A stretch of 32,000 nucleotides of DNA, taken from contig NC_007493.2 of NCBI RefSeq assembly GCF_000012905.2, forward strand, positions 450,001 through 482,000, read 5' to 3'. The DNA comes from Cereibacter sphaeroides 2.4.1. Lineage in GTDB: Bacteria > Pseudomonadota > Alphaproteobacteria > Rhodobacterales > Rhodobacteraceae. The notes beneath the pieces are model-generated. The model was not told the DNA's origin and did not search any database. It saw only the letters and a program-made list of their open reading frames with translations. Made by a program: the position numbers and the translations under genes. Below, piece by piece: positions 18,951 through 27,126 of the stretch (positions within the stretch are counted from its first letter, which is position 1; each line of letters opens with the position of its first letter).

Positions 18951-18964
18951 AACGTCGCGACGTT
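18951..18964. promoter_or_regulatory. Perfect 14-bp palindrome, candidate GntR-family operator
   Basis: AACGTCGCGACGTT is self-complementary. It lies 32 nt upstream of the GntR gene start, in the 115-bp divergent intergenic region. It contains the GT...AC arms typical of GntR/FadR operators. Confidence 0.4.
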
Positions 18965-18995
18965 CCACCCTTCGTTTGGGAAAGGCCGCCCCGTC

Positions 18996-19631
18996 GTGCA
19001 GAAAGATGCCTATACGCTGATCCTCGAGGCCATCGAGGGCGGCACCTACAAGCCCGGGGACCGTCTGGTGGAATCGGAACTGGCCGAGCGGCTGGGCGTG
19101 TCCCGCACCCCGGTGCGCGAGGCGCTGCAACGGCTCGAGACCCAGTCGATGCTCACGCGCGACGGCCGCAGCCTGATCGTGGCCTCGCTCGACCATAACC
19201 AGCTGGCGGAGCTCTATGCCGTGCGCACCGAGCTCGAGGGGCTGGCCGCGCGGCTTGCGGCCCGGCACGCGACCGAGGAGGAGATCCGGGTGCTGCGCGG
19301 CATGGTCGAGGACGACCGGGCGCTTCTGGGCGGCGATCCGCGGGCGCTGTCGCGCGCCAACAAGCGGTTTCACAAGCAGATCCATCTCGCCTCGCACAAC
19401 CGCTTCCTCGTGCAGCAGCTCGACCTCGTGCACCGCTCGATGGCGCTGATGGCCACGACCTCCTTCGCGGCCGAGGGGCGCGACGAGGTGGCGATGGCCG
19501 AGCACGAGCAGATCGTGCAGGCGATCGAGGCGCGCGACGGCGAGGCGGCCTATGCGGCGCTGCGCAACCATATCTCGAAGGCCTTCGAGACCCGGCTCCG
19601 GGTGGATGCGGGCGAGCTGCGCATGCGCTGA
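18996..19631 (+). CDS. GntR-family transcriptional regulator (FadR/FCD subfamily)
   Basis: The GTG start is at 18996. LVESELAERLGVSRTPVREALQRLE is a winged HTH. The C-terminal FCD-like helices read LYAVRTELEGLAARLAA...FHKQIHLASHN. Confidence 0.9.
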   Translation: MQKDAYTLILEAIEGGTYKPGDRLVESELAERLGVSRTPVREALQRLETQSMLTRDGRSLIVASLDHNQLAELYAVRTELEGLAARLAARHATEEEIRVLRGMVEDDRALLGGDPRALSRANKRFHKQIHLASHNRFLVQQLDLVHRSMALMATTSFAAEGRDEVAMAEHEQIVQAIEARDGEAAYAALRNHISKAFETRLRVDAGELRMR

Positions 19632-19638
19632 CGGCGGA

Positions 19639-21549
19639 TCAGGCGGGCTGCAGGAGAGGGCGGCCGCGGGCCTGGGCGTCGAAGACCCCGTGGCAGGTCT
19701 TGTCCCAGTAGAAGGGCGCGCGCAGGAGCTCCCACAGCGCCTTGTAGGCCGCGAAGGTGGCGAGCGGGTTGTAGAGATGCAGGGTCGGCACCCAGAGCGG
19801 GTTCAGGCGGTGCCGGGTCTGCCGCAGGGCGAGGATGCCCATGGCAATGGCGGTGCCCTCCGATCCGATGAGAAGCCCGATCATCGACCAGAGCAGCGGC
19901 TCGGGCACGAGCGGCGCCACCGGATGCGGCAGGCCGAGCGCCAGCAGCCAGAAGGACCAGAGCACCGGCGCGAGCAGGGTCTGCGAGATCGAGCCGAGGA
20001 ACATCACCTGGAAGCCTGCAAAGCGCCAGGGGCCGAGTTGCCGCCAGAGCAGCCGCGGCGCGCGCATATGGACGGCCCATGTCATCATGAAGCCCTTGAT
20101 CCAGCGCGATCTCTGCTTGATCCAGGGGATGGCGCGGCAGTTGGCTTCCTCGGCCGTCACCGTGTCGATGAGGTCGGTGCGGTAGCCGTGCCGCGCGAGG
20201 CGGATGCCGAGATCCGCATCCTCGGTCACGTTATGCGCGTCCCAGGCGCCCAGCTCCTCGAGCGCCGCGCGGCGGAAGAAGAGGGTGGTGCCTCCGAGCG
20301 GGACCACGAGCCCCAGCCGGTCGAGCCCCGGCAGCATCAGCCGGAACCAGGCCGCATATTCGATGGTGAAGCAGCGCGACAGCCAGTTGGTGCGCGGGTT
20401 GTAATAGTCGAGCCGTCCCTGCAGGCAGGCGACGTGCGAGCCGCGCCGGCTGAAGCCCTCGACCACGCGGCGGATCTGGTCGGGCTCGGGCGCGTCCTCG
20501 GCGTCGTAGACGCCCACGATGGAGCCCCGGCAATGGTCGAGCGCCACGTTGAGCGCCCGCGGCTTGGTGCGGATCGCGCCTTTGGGCGAGACCACGATCC
20601 GCATCCAGGGCGGCAGGCGCGCCTCGAGCAGCGCCCGCCGTGTCCGTCGGTCGGCCTCTTCCACCACAAGCAGGATCTCGAGCCGGTCGTGGGGATAGTC
20701 GAGGCGGCCGAGGCGCGCCACGAGACGGCCCGCGATATCCTCTTCGCGATAGAGCGCCACGATGATCGAGACCATCGGCAGATGCAGGAGCGGCGGGCTT
20801 TCGGGCTCGGGCGGAGGGCGGCGCAGGCTCGCCACCGCGGTTGCCAGCCGCAGCGCTGTGCCGCAGGCTAGCGCCAGAAGCGCCCAGGCGGTCAGGGCGA
20901 GCAGCACAAGGCCCGGTGCCAAGGCGAGGCCCGCGGCGAGGGCGAGGCCCGCCAGCGCCGCGAGCCGAGTCATCCGCCCCGTGCGCCAGTCGCGGCAGCT
21001 TTCCTCCGGTGCGACCCGAAGTTCGGCCGCGGCTCCGATGGCGTCCGCGCGCAGCTCCTGCAGCGCGTCCTCGATGGACGAGCGGCTGGCGAGGGCGGGG
21101 ATCACGGTGCCGAACAGCTCCTCGAGCCGCGGCCGGTGGCGGCGGAAGCTCTCGGGGGCCGCCGCCGCCAGCAGGACGGCGCTGCCCGTGTCGCGGAGGG
21201 GCAGGAGGCCCTCGCGCAGACAGTCCCGCACCCCCAGCCGGTCGATGAGCCGGGGATCGGGCCGCTCGGCCGCGGGGTCGAGCACCGGCAGCCCGCTCCG
21301 CCGCGCCATCATGGCGAGGATCTCGTCCTCGGACAGGGCGCCTTCGGCGAGCAGCAGATCGGCGAGGGGTGCGGACGGCCGCCCGCCGTGACTGAGGGCC
21401 GCCATGATCCGGTGCGGCGCGAGATGCCCTTCGCGCAGCAGCATCACGCCCATCGGCTCCGCGGCCTCCGCGGGCGAGGGCAGGGGGCGCGGCGCTGCAG
21501 GCGCGCGGCCCGGCCGGATCTGGGGCAGGGAATCGGGGAGTGCTGGCAA
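19639..21549 (-). CDS. Membrane-embedded processive family-2 glycosyltransferase (synthase type) with an N-terminal T2SSE_N/MshEN-like domain
   Basis: - GT2 core: VSIIVALYREED...YDAEDAPEPDQ...VTEDADLG (TED)...IKQRSRWIKG (QxxRW).
- There are two TM segments before and at least three after the catalytic domain.
- The N-terminal roughly 140 aa resemble the GspE/MshE N-terminal domain.
- The start is uncertain: TTG 21549 or ATG 21453. Confidence 0.85.
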   Translation of the reverse strand: MPALPDSLPQIRPGRAPAAPRPLPSPAEAAEPMGVMLLREGHLAPHRIMAALSHGGRPSAPLADLLLAEGALSEDEILAMMARRSGLPVLDPAAERPDPRLIDRLGVRDCLREGLLPLRDTGSAVLLAAAAPESFRRHRPRLEELFGTVIPALASRSSIEDALQELRADAIGAAAELRVAPEESCRDWRTGRMTRLAALAGLALAAGLALAPGLVLLALTAWALLALACGTALRLATAVASLRRPPPEPESPPLLHLPMVSIIVALYREEDIAGRLVARLGRLDYPHDRLEILLVVEEADRRTRRALLEARLPPWMRIVVSPKGAIRTKPRALNVALDHCRGSIVGVYDAEDAPEPDQIRRVVEGFSRRGSHVACLQGRLDYYNPRTNWLSRCFTIEYAAWFRLMLPGLDRLGLVVPLGGTTLFFRRAALEELGAWDAHNVTEDADLGIRLARHGYRTDLIDTVTAEEANCRAIPWIKQRSRWIKGFMMTWAVHMRAPRLLWRQLGPWRFAGFQVMFLGSISQTLLAPVLWSFWLLALGLPHPVAPLVPEPLLWSMIGLLIGSEGTAIAMGILALRQTRHRLNPLWVPTLHLYNPLATFAAYKALWELLRAPFYWDKTCHGVFDAQARGRPLLQPA

Positions 21550-21645
21550 GGCCGTGCCCTTTCGCTGGACACGGAACCATCCTCCCGCGAGATTAAGAGA
21601 TCGTAAACCACGATGACGATGGCGCGCGATCTCCGGCGGACGTCA

Positions 21646-21669
21646 CCGGCGCCGCGGCTGCGGCGCCGG
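21646..21669 (-). terminator. 10-bp GC hairpin downstream of the L,D-transpeptidase gene
   Basis: CCGGCGCCGC (21646-21655) pairs with GCGGCGCCGG (21660-21669) around a 4-nt loop. A second small hairpin GGAAGG/CCTTCC lies at 21668-21681. There is no U-tract. Confidence 0.45.
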
Positions 21670-21686
21670 AAGGGGCCTTCCGAGGA

Positions 21687-22475
21687 TCAGAAGCTCTCGG
21701 TGAAGAACATCGTGGCGGCCGTCTCGCCCGGAGGTGCCACGCTGTTCAAGCCCGCAACGCGCGGCGGCAGTGCCCGCCCCGCGGGCACCGTGCCCTTGCC
21801 CGACTCGGCCTCCGTCAGCACCACCACCTGCGTGCCCAGCGACACCCGCGCATAGAGATCGAGGATATCCTGGTTCCAGAGCCGGATGCAGCCCGCCGAG
21901 GTGGCCTTGCCGATCGAGGAGACATCGTTGGTGCCGTGGATCCGGTAATAGGTGTCCTTGCCGTCCCTGTGCAGATAGAGCGCGCGGGCCCCGAGCGGGT
22001 TCGAGAGCCCGCCGTCCATCCCGTCCTTCCACGGCCCGTACTGCTCGGGATCTTCCGCAATCATGCTCTTGGTGGGAATCCAGCGCGGCCATTCCCGCTT
22101 GATCGGGATCACTGCCTCGCCCGAAAAGCCGCGGCCTTCCCGCCCGACGGCGATGGCATAGCGCAGCGCCCGCTGGCCGGGCTGCACCAGATAGAGGTAG
22201 CGCGCATAGGGATCGACCACGATGGTCCCCGGCGGCTGATCGGTGAAATAATCCACCTCGCGCCGGACCTTGTCGGCCGAGAGATATTGCGGCGGCACCG
22301 CCGGGATGATCCGCTCGCCGTCCGCCACCGGGCCGTAAAGGGCCGCGATCTGCGGCGAGAGGCCCATCGGCGTGGCGCTGCGGGTGGGCGGCGGTTCGGG
22401 CGCACAGGCGGCGAGCAGCGCGAGCGCGGCGAGGGCGGGCAGGAGGCGGCGCGGGAGAGATCCGGTCATCGGCAT
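21687..22475 (-). CDS. L,D-transpeptidase (YkuD domain) lipoprotein
   Basis: The lipobox is LLAALALLAACAPE. The YkuD active-site region is YRIHGTNDVSSIGKATSAGCIRLWNQDILDLY. The start is ATG 22475 or ATG 22469; the latter has better AAGGA spacing. Confidence 0.85.
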   Translation of the reverse strand: MPMTGSLPRRLLPALAALALLAACAPEPPPTRSATPMGLSPQIAALYGPVADGERIIPAVPPQYLSADKVRREVDYFTDQPPGTIVVDPYARYLYLVQPGQRALRYAIAVGREGRGFSGEAVIPIKREWPRWIPTKSMIAEDPEQYGPWKDGMDGGLSNPLGARALYLHRDGKDTYYRIHGTNDVSSIGKATSAGCIRLWNQDILDLYARVSLGTQVVVLTEAESGKGTVPAGRALPPRVAGLNSVAPPGETAATMFFTESF

Positions 22476-22589
22476 GTCCTTGTTGCGGGCCCTGCCGCGA
22501 CGGGGCGCCGTGCCCCGGAAGCCGCGGATATGGCCCTCCATCGCCGAAAAAAGGTCCCGCATCGCCACTTGGTTCCGGCACAACAGTGC

Positions 22590-22623
22590 GAGGCCCGCCG
22601 CGAACTCTGTCGCGGCGGGCCTC
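22590..22623 (-). terminator. 14-bp perfect hairpin after the carA stop
   Basis: GAGGCCCGCCGCGA (22590-22603) pairs with TCGCGGCGGGCCTC (22610-22623) around a 6-nt loop. It lies 27 nt downstream of the carA stop on the minus strand. Confidence 0.6.
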
Positions 22624-22649
22624 GGAAAGGGCCGAACGGGTGGGCCGGG

Positions 22650-23813
22650 TCAGGCCGCGCGGCGGGCGCGCATGGCCGCGGCGAACCGATCGAAGAGATA
22701 ATAGCTGTCCTGCGGGCCGGGGCTCGCCTCGGGATGATACTGCACCGAGAAGACCGGCCGATCCTCGACCCGGATCCCGCAGTTCGAGCCGTCGAAGAGG
22801 CTCACATGGGTTTCCTTCACGCCGGCGGGCAGCGTCTGGCTGTCGACCGTGAAGCCGTGGTTCATCGAGGTGATCTCGACCTTGCCGGTCTCGAGATCCT
22901 TCACCGGATGGTTCGCGCCGTGGTGGCCGTGGTTCATCTTGACGGTCTTCGCCCCGAGCGCGAGGGCCAGCATCTGGTGGCCGAGGCAGATGCCGAAGAG
23001 CGGCATGTCCCGTGCGAGCACGCCCTGGATCATCGGCACCGCATAGGCGCCGGTCGCCGCCGGATCGCCCGGGCCGTTCGAGAGGAACACCCCGTCCGGG
23101 TTCAGCGCCAGCACGTCCTCGGCCGTGGCGGTCGCGGGGAGCACGGTCACGTCGCAGCCCGCCGAGGCGAGGCAGCGCAGGATGTTGCGCTTGGCGCCGT
23201 AGTCGATGGCCACGACCTTCAGCCCCGGCTCGCTGCGCGACCGGTAGCCCTCGGGCCAGGCCCACCGCATCTCGTCCCAGCGGTAGCTCTGGGCGCAGGT
23301 CACGTCCTTGGCGAGGTCGAGACCGACGAGCCCGCGCCAGCCGCGGGCCTTGGCCACCAGCGCTCCGATGTCGAAGCGGCCTTCGGGATCGTGGGCCAGC
23401 GCCACATGCGGCGCGCCCTGCTGGCGGATCGCCCGGGTGAGGCGCCGCGTGTCGATGCCGCCCACGCCGATCCGGCCCTTGGCCTCGAGCCATTGGGTGA
23501 GCTCCGAGGTCGCGCGCCAGTTCGAGGGTTCGGTCGGGTCCCACTTCACCACCATGCCGGCGGCGACCGGCTCGGCCGTCTCGTCGTCCTCGGGGGTCAC
23601 GCCCACATTGCCCACATGCGGGAAGGTGAAAGTCACGATCTGCCCCGCATAGGAGGGATCGGTCATGATCTCCTGATAGCCGGTCATGGCGGTGTTGAAG
23701 ACGAGCTCGGCCACCGTCTCGCCCCGGGCGCCGAAGCCCCTGCCGTAGAAGATGGTGCCATCGGCGAGCGCGAGGCAGGCAGTGGGCTTGTCGGTGGGGC
23801 TGGCTGCGGCCAT
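22650..23813 (-). CDS. carA: Carbamoyl-phosphate synthase small (glutamine amidotransferase) subunit
   Basis: ALADGTIFYGRGFGARGETVAELVFNTAMTGYQEIMTDPSYAGQIVTFTFPHVGNVG...LFGICLGHQMLALALG...NHG...HPE. The start is ATG 23813, with AAGGAG 7 nt upstream. Confidence 0.97.
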   Translation of the reverse strand: MAAASPTDKPTACLALADGTIFYGRGFGARGETVAELVFNTAMTGYQEIMTDPSYAGQIVTFTFPHVGNVGVTPEDDETAEPVAAGMVVKWDPTEPSNWRATSELTQWLEAKGRIGVGGIDTRRLTRAIRQQGAPHVALAHDPEGRFDIGALVAKARGWRGLVGLDLAKDVTCAQSYRWDEMRWAWPEGYRSRSEPGLKVVAIDYGAKRNILRCLASAGCDVTVLPATATAEDVLALNPDGVFLSNGPGDPAATGAYAVPMIQGVLARDMPLFGICLGHQMLALALGAKTVKMNHGHHGANHPVKDLETGKVEITSMNHGFTVDSQTLPAGVKETHVSLFDGSNCGIRVEDRPVFSVQYHPEASPGPQDSYYLFDRFAAAMRARRAA

Positions 23814-23898
23814 GGCGCGACTCCTTGGCAAAATCTGGCGGACACTAAGGTTTGGGCGGCCAGGGGTCAAGGCTGCGTCAGAAATGAACTATCCTTTT

Positions 23899-23916
23899 AG
23901 ATCAATGGCTTGATCT
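23899..23916. promoter_or_regulatory. Inverted repeat AGATCAA-N4-TTGATCT in the carA / yqeY divergent promoter region
   Basis: The arms are a perfect 7-bp match (23899-23905 and 23910-23916). They sit in the most AT-rich patch of the 177-bp intergenic region. Confidence 0.3.
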
Positions 23917-23990
23917 TTGGTGCCGTGGTTGTGTCGGGCGAGGCTTGCCTGTATGGTGCGAGTTTCGCATGGCCATGGAGACGAACGAGA

Positions 23991-24449
23991 ATGACTCTGC
24001 GCGAGCGGCTTCAGGACGCTATGAAAGAGGCGATGCGTGCCAAGCAGCCGGACCGGCTCTCGACGCTGCGTCTCATCAATGCCGCCATCAAGGACCGCGA
24101 CATCGCCGCCCGCGTGGATGGCGCCGACGGCATGGTGTCGGACGAGGAGATCACCGCCATCCTGGGCCGCATGGTCCGCCAGCGCATCGAGAGCGCGCGG
24201 GCCTACGAGGAGGGCGGCCGGCTCGAGCTCGCCGAGAAGGAACGGGCCGAGATCGGCGTGATCGAGGACTTCCTGCCGCGCCAGCTCGATCCGGAGGAGG
24301 TGGAGGCTGCGATCTCGGCCGCCATCGCCGAGGTGGAGGCCACGACGATCCGCGACATGGGCAAGGTCATGGCCGAGCTGAAGACGCGCTACACCGGCCA
24401 GATGGATTTCTCCGCCGTGGGTCCGATGGTGAAGGACCGGCTGGGCTGA
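23991..24449 (+). CDS. GatB/YqeY domain-containing protein
   Basis: MTLRERLQDAMKEAMRAKQPDRLSTLRLINAAIKDRDI...EITAILGRMVRQRIESARAYEEGGRLELAEKERAEIGVIEDFLP...MGKVMAELKTRY is the typical YqeY family sequence. Confidence 0.9.
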   Translation: MTLRERLQDAMKEAMRAKQPDRLSTLRLINAAIKDRDIAARVDGADGMVSDEEITAILGRMVRQRIESARAYEEGGRLELAEKERAEIGVIEDFLPRQLDPEEVEAAISAAIAEVEATTIRDMGKVMAELKTRYTGQMDFSAVGPMVKDRLG

Positions 24450-24757
24450 GAGGTTACGGCTGCCGGCCGGGTCGGGCCCGCAGGTCCGGTCGAACCTTGT
24501 CCCCTGAGGTCGCGCGCTGAGCGGCCTGCGCCCGGGCGGGGCCCGGGTCGGGCGATGCGCGGGGCAGGGCGGCTCGCAGAGCATGGGGGACGCTGCCCGT
24601 CCGGGCGAGCGCAGTCATGCCCTTCGCGCCCCTGGCGGCTCCCGCACGACTCTTCTCCCGCGGCGCGCCGGTTCAAGCTGCGGGCCTCCGGCTCCCGGTC
24701 CGTGGCAACGCGGCGCGAGGGGCCTCGATGGCCCCGCTGCGACGCTCCTCCCGCCCG

Positions 24758-25288
24758 TCAGCGCGCCCGGGAGAAAGCGCGTTCCAGTTCGGGCCAGAGC
24801 GCCAGACGCTCCTCCTCGCCCAGAAAGGCGCCGATCTCCACCTCGCGCGGTCCGCCGCCGAGCGTGAGGTAATGGGGCACCGGCCCGCCGCTTCGGTGCA
24901 GCGTCACCCGCACCCAGTGCGGATTGGCCTGCCAGCTCTGCCGCCGGCCGCGCGGCCCGTGCCGATCCAGCGTCACCCTGTCGGGCCAGAGCGTCAGCTC
25001 CTCGAGGATCTCCCCGTCGCCGTAGCTGCGGTTCAGCGCCAGCCACATGCCGGTCACGACCGCTACGAGGAAGGGCAGCAGCGCCCAGAGCACGGGCGAG
25101 CCCAGCAGCCCGATCAGCGGCAGGGCGAGCAGCAGGCAGGTCACGCCGATGAAGGCCGCGAAGCCGCGCCGTGGCAGCGAGCGGTAGGGCCACAGATGAA
25201 GCCGGCCGAGAGGATCTTCCTCCCCCGAACGAGGAAAGGCCCCGGATGTCTCCGGGGCCTTCGGGGCAATGACCCATTCGTAGGGCAT
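24758..25288 (-). CDS. DUF2244-like integral membrane protein downstream of ctaD
   Basis: The gene starts 13 nt after the ctaD stop. Two adjacent TM helices (FAAFIGVTCLLLALPLIGLL and VLWALLPFLVAVVTGMWLAL) are followed by a soluble domain. From memory, this family sits next to ctaD in alphaproteobacteria. Confidence 0.75.
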   Translation of the reverse strand: MPYEWVIAPKAPETSGAFPRSGEEDPLGRLHLWPYRSLPRRGFAAFIGVTCLLLALPLIGLLGSPVLWALLPFLVAVVTGMWLALNRSYGDGEILEELTLWPDRVTLDRHGPRGRRQSWQANPHWVRVTLHRSGGPVPHYLTLGGGPREVEIGAFLGEEERLALWPELERAFSRAR

Positions 25289-25301
25289 CAGAAGGCGGGC
25301 A

Positions 25302-27002
25302 TCAGTGGGCGGGCGCGCGTTCCCAGTCTTCCCGCTTGGGAAGCTGCTCGAACGTATGCTCCGGCGGCGGAGAGGTCAGCGTCCACTCCAGCGTGTCGGC
25401 ATGTTCGTTCCAGTAGTTGTTCGCCGTCACCCGCGCCCCGCGCGTCAGCGTGTAGAAGATCACGCCGAGGAAGAAGAGGAACGAGGCGAAGGACAGGAAG
25501 GCGCCCAGCGACGAGACGAAGTTCCAGGTGGCGAAGGCCTCGGGATAGTCGATGTAGCGCCGCGGCATGCCCTGGCGGCCGAGGAAGTGCTGCGGGAAGA
25601 AGGTGAGGTTCGCGCCCACGAACATCATCCAGAAATGCAGCTTCCCGGCCCATTCCGGATATTGCCGGCCCGACATCTTGCCGATCCAGAAGTAGATCCC
25701 TGCGAAGATGCCGAAGACCGCGCCGAGGCTCATCACATAATGGAAGTGCGCCACGACATAGTAGGTGTCGTGATAATAGCGGTCGACGCTCGCCTGGCTC
25801 AGCACGATGCCGGTGACGCCGCCCACGGTGAAGAGGAAGAGGAACCCGAGCGCCCAGAGCATCGGCGTCTTGAGCTCGATCGAGCCGCCCCACATGGTCG
25901 CGATCCAGGAGAAGATCTTGATGCCGGTGGGCACTGCGATCACCATGGTCGCCATCATAAAGTAGCTCTGCTGGGTGAGGCTCAGGCCGGCTGTATACAT
26001 GTGGTGGGCCCAGACCACGAAGCCCAGCACGCCGATCGCCACCATCGCATAGACCATCGGCAAATAGCCGAAGATCGGCTTTTTGGCGAAGGTCGCGATG
26101 ACGTGGCTGACGATGCCGAAGGCCGGCAGCACGATGATGTAGACCTCCGGGTGGCCGAAGAACCACAGGATGTGCTGGTAGAGCACCGGGTCGCCGCCGC
26201 CCGAGGGCTGGAAGAAGGTGGTGCCGAAGTTCCGGTCGGTCAGCAGCATGGTAATGGCGCCGGCGAGCACGGGCAGCGCCAGCAGGATCAGCCAGGCGGT
26301 GACGAAGATCGACCAGGCGAAGAGCGGCACCTTGTGCATGGTCATGCCGGGTGCGCGCATGTTCAGGAAGGTCGTGATCATGTTGATCGCGCCGAGGATC
26401 GAGGAGGCGCCCGACAGGTGCACCGCGAAGATCGCGAGGTCGGTGGAATAGCCCGATTCGGAGGTGGAGAGCGGCGGATAGAGCACCCAGCCGATGCCAG
26501 AGCCCAGCTGGCCGTTGCCGCCCGGCGCGAAGAGCGAGGCGACGGCGAGCGAGGTGCCCGCGACATAGAGCCAGTAGGAGAGGTTGTTCATCCGCGGGAA
26601 GGCCATGTCCGGCGCGCCGATGTGCAGCGGCATGAAATAGTTGCCGAAGCCGCCGAAGAGCGCGGGAATGACCACGAAGAACATCATCAGGATCCCGTGG
26701 CCGGTGATCATGACGTTCCACAGATGGCCGTTCGGGGTGCAGTTTTCCACCGCCGAGGGCCAGAGCGACTGGAAGAAGCCCTTCACGAGGCCCGATTCCA
26801 GATGTTCGGCGCACATGAACTGCACGCCCGGCGCCATGAGCTCCATCCGCATGTAGACGGTGAAGGCCACCGAGATCAGCCCGACGAGGCCCCCGGTGAA
26901 GAGATAGAGAACGCCGATGTCCTTGTGGTTCGTCGACATGAACCAGCGGGTGAAGAACCCCCTCCGGTCGTGCTCGTGGCCATGGATGGCTGCGTCGGCC
27001 AT
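25302..27002 (-). CDS. ctaD: aa3-type cytochrome c oxidase subunit I
   Basis: The length is 566 aa. The sequence includes [57 protein letters not shown] and HFHYVMS. All heme and CuB His ligand contexts are present. From memory it matches R. sphaeroides CtaD. Confidence 0.99.
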
Positions 27003-27112
27003 TGGCTTGCCTCCCCGCGTGCTGTTTCCGATCAGACGGGCGTCGGATGGATCCGTGCCAGCATCTCCCGGATATCTGTAGAGCGCCGGTCTTGTTCCGG
27101 CAACGCCGCACT

Positions 27113-27126
27113 TTGATCTGGATCAA
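27113..27126. promoter_or_regulatory. FNR/CRP-family consensus box TTGAT-N4-ATCAA upstream of ctaD
   Basis: TTGATctggATCAA matches both half-sites perfectly. Its centre is about 118 nt upstream of the ctaD ATG. An AT-rich ATAAAAA tract lies adjacent. Confidence 0.5.

Noticed and set aside
21643-23900. ORFs 21643..23544(-) and 21936..23900(+), 633-654 aa.
   Set aside because: They are out of frame or antisense to the clearly recognisable L,D-transpeptidase and carA genes. They are compositional artefacts.
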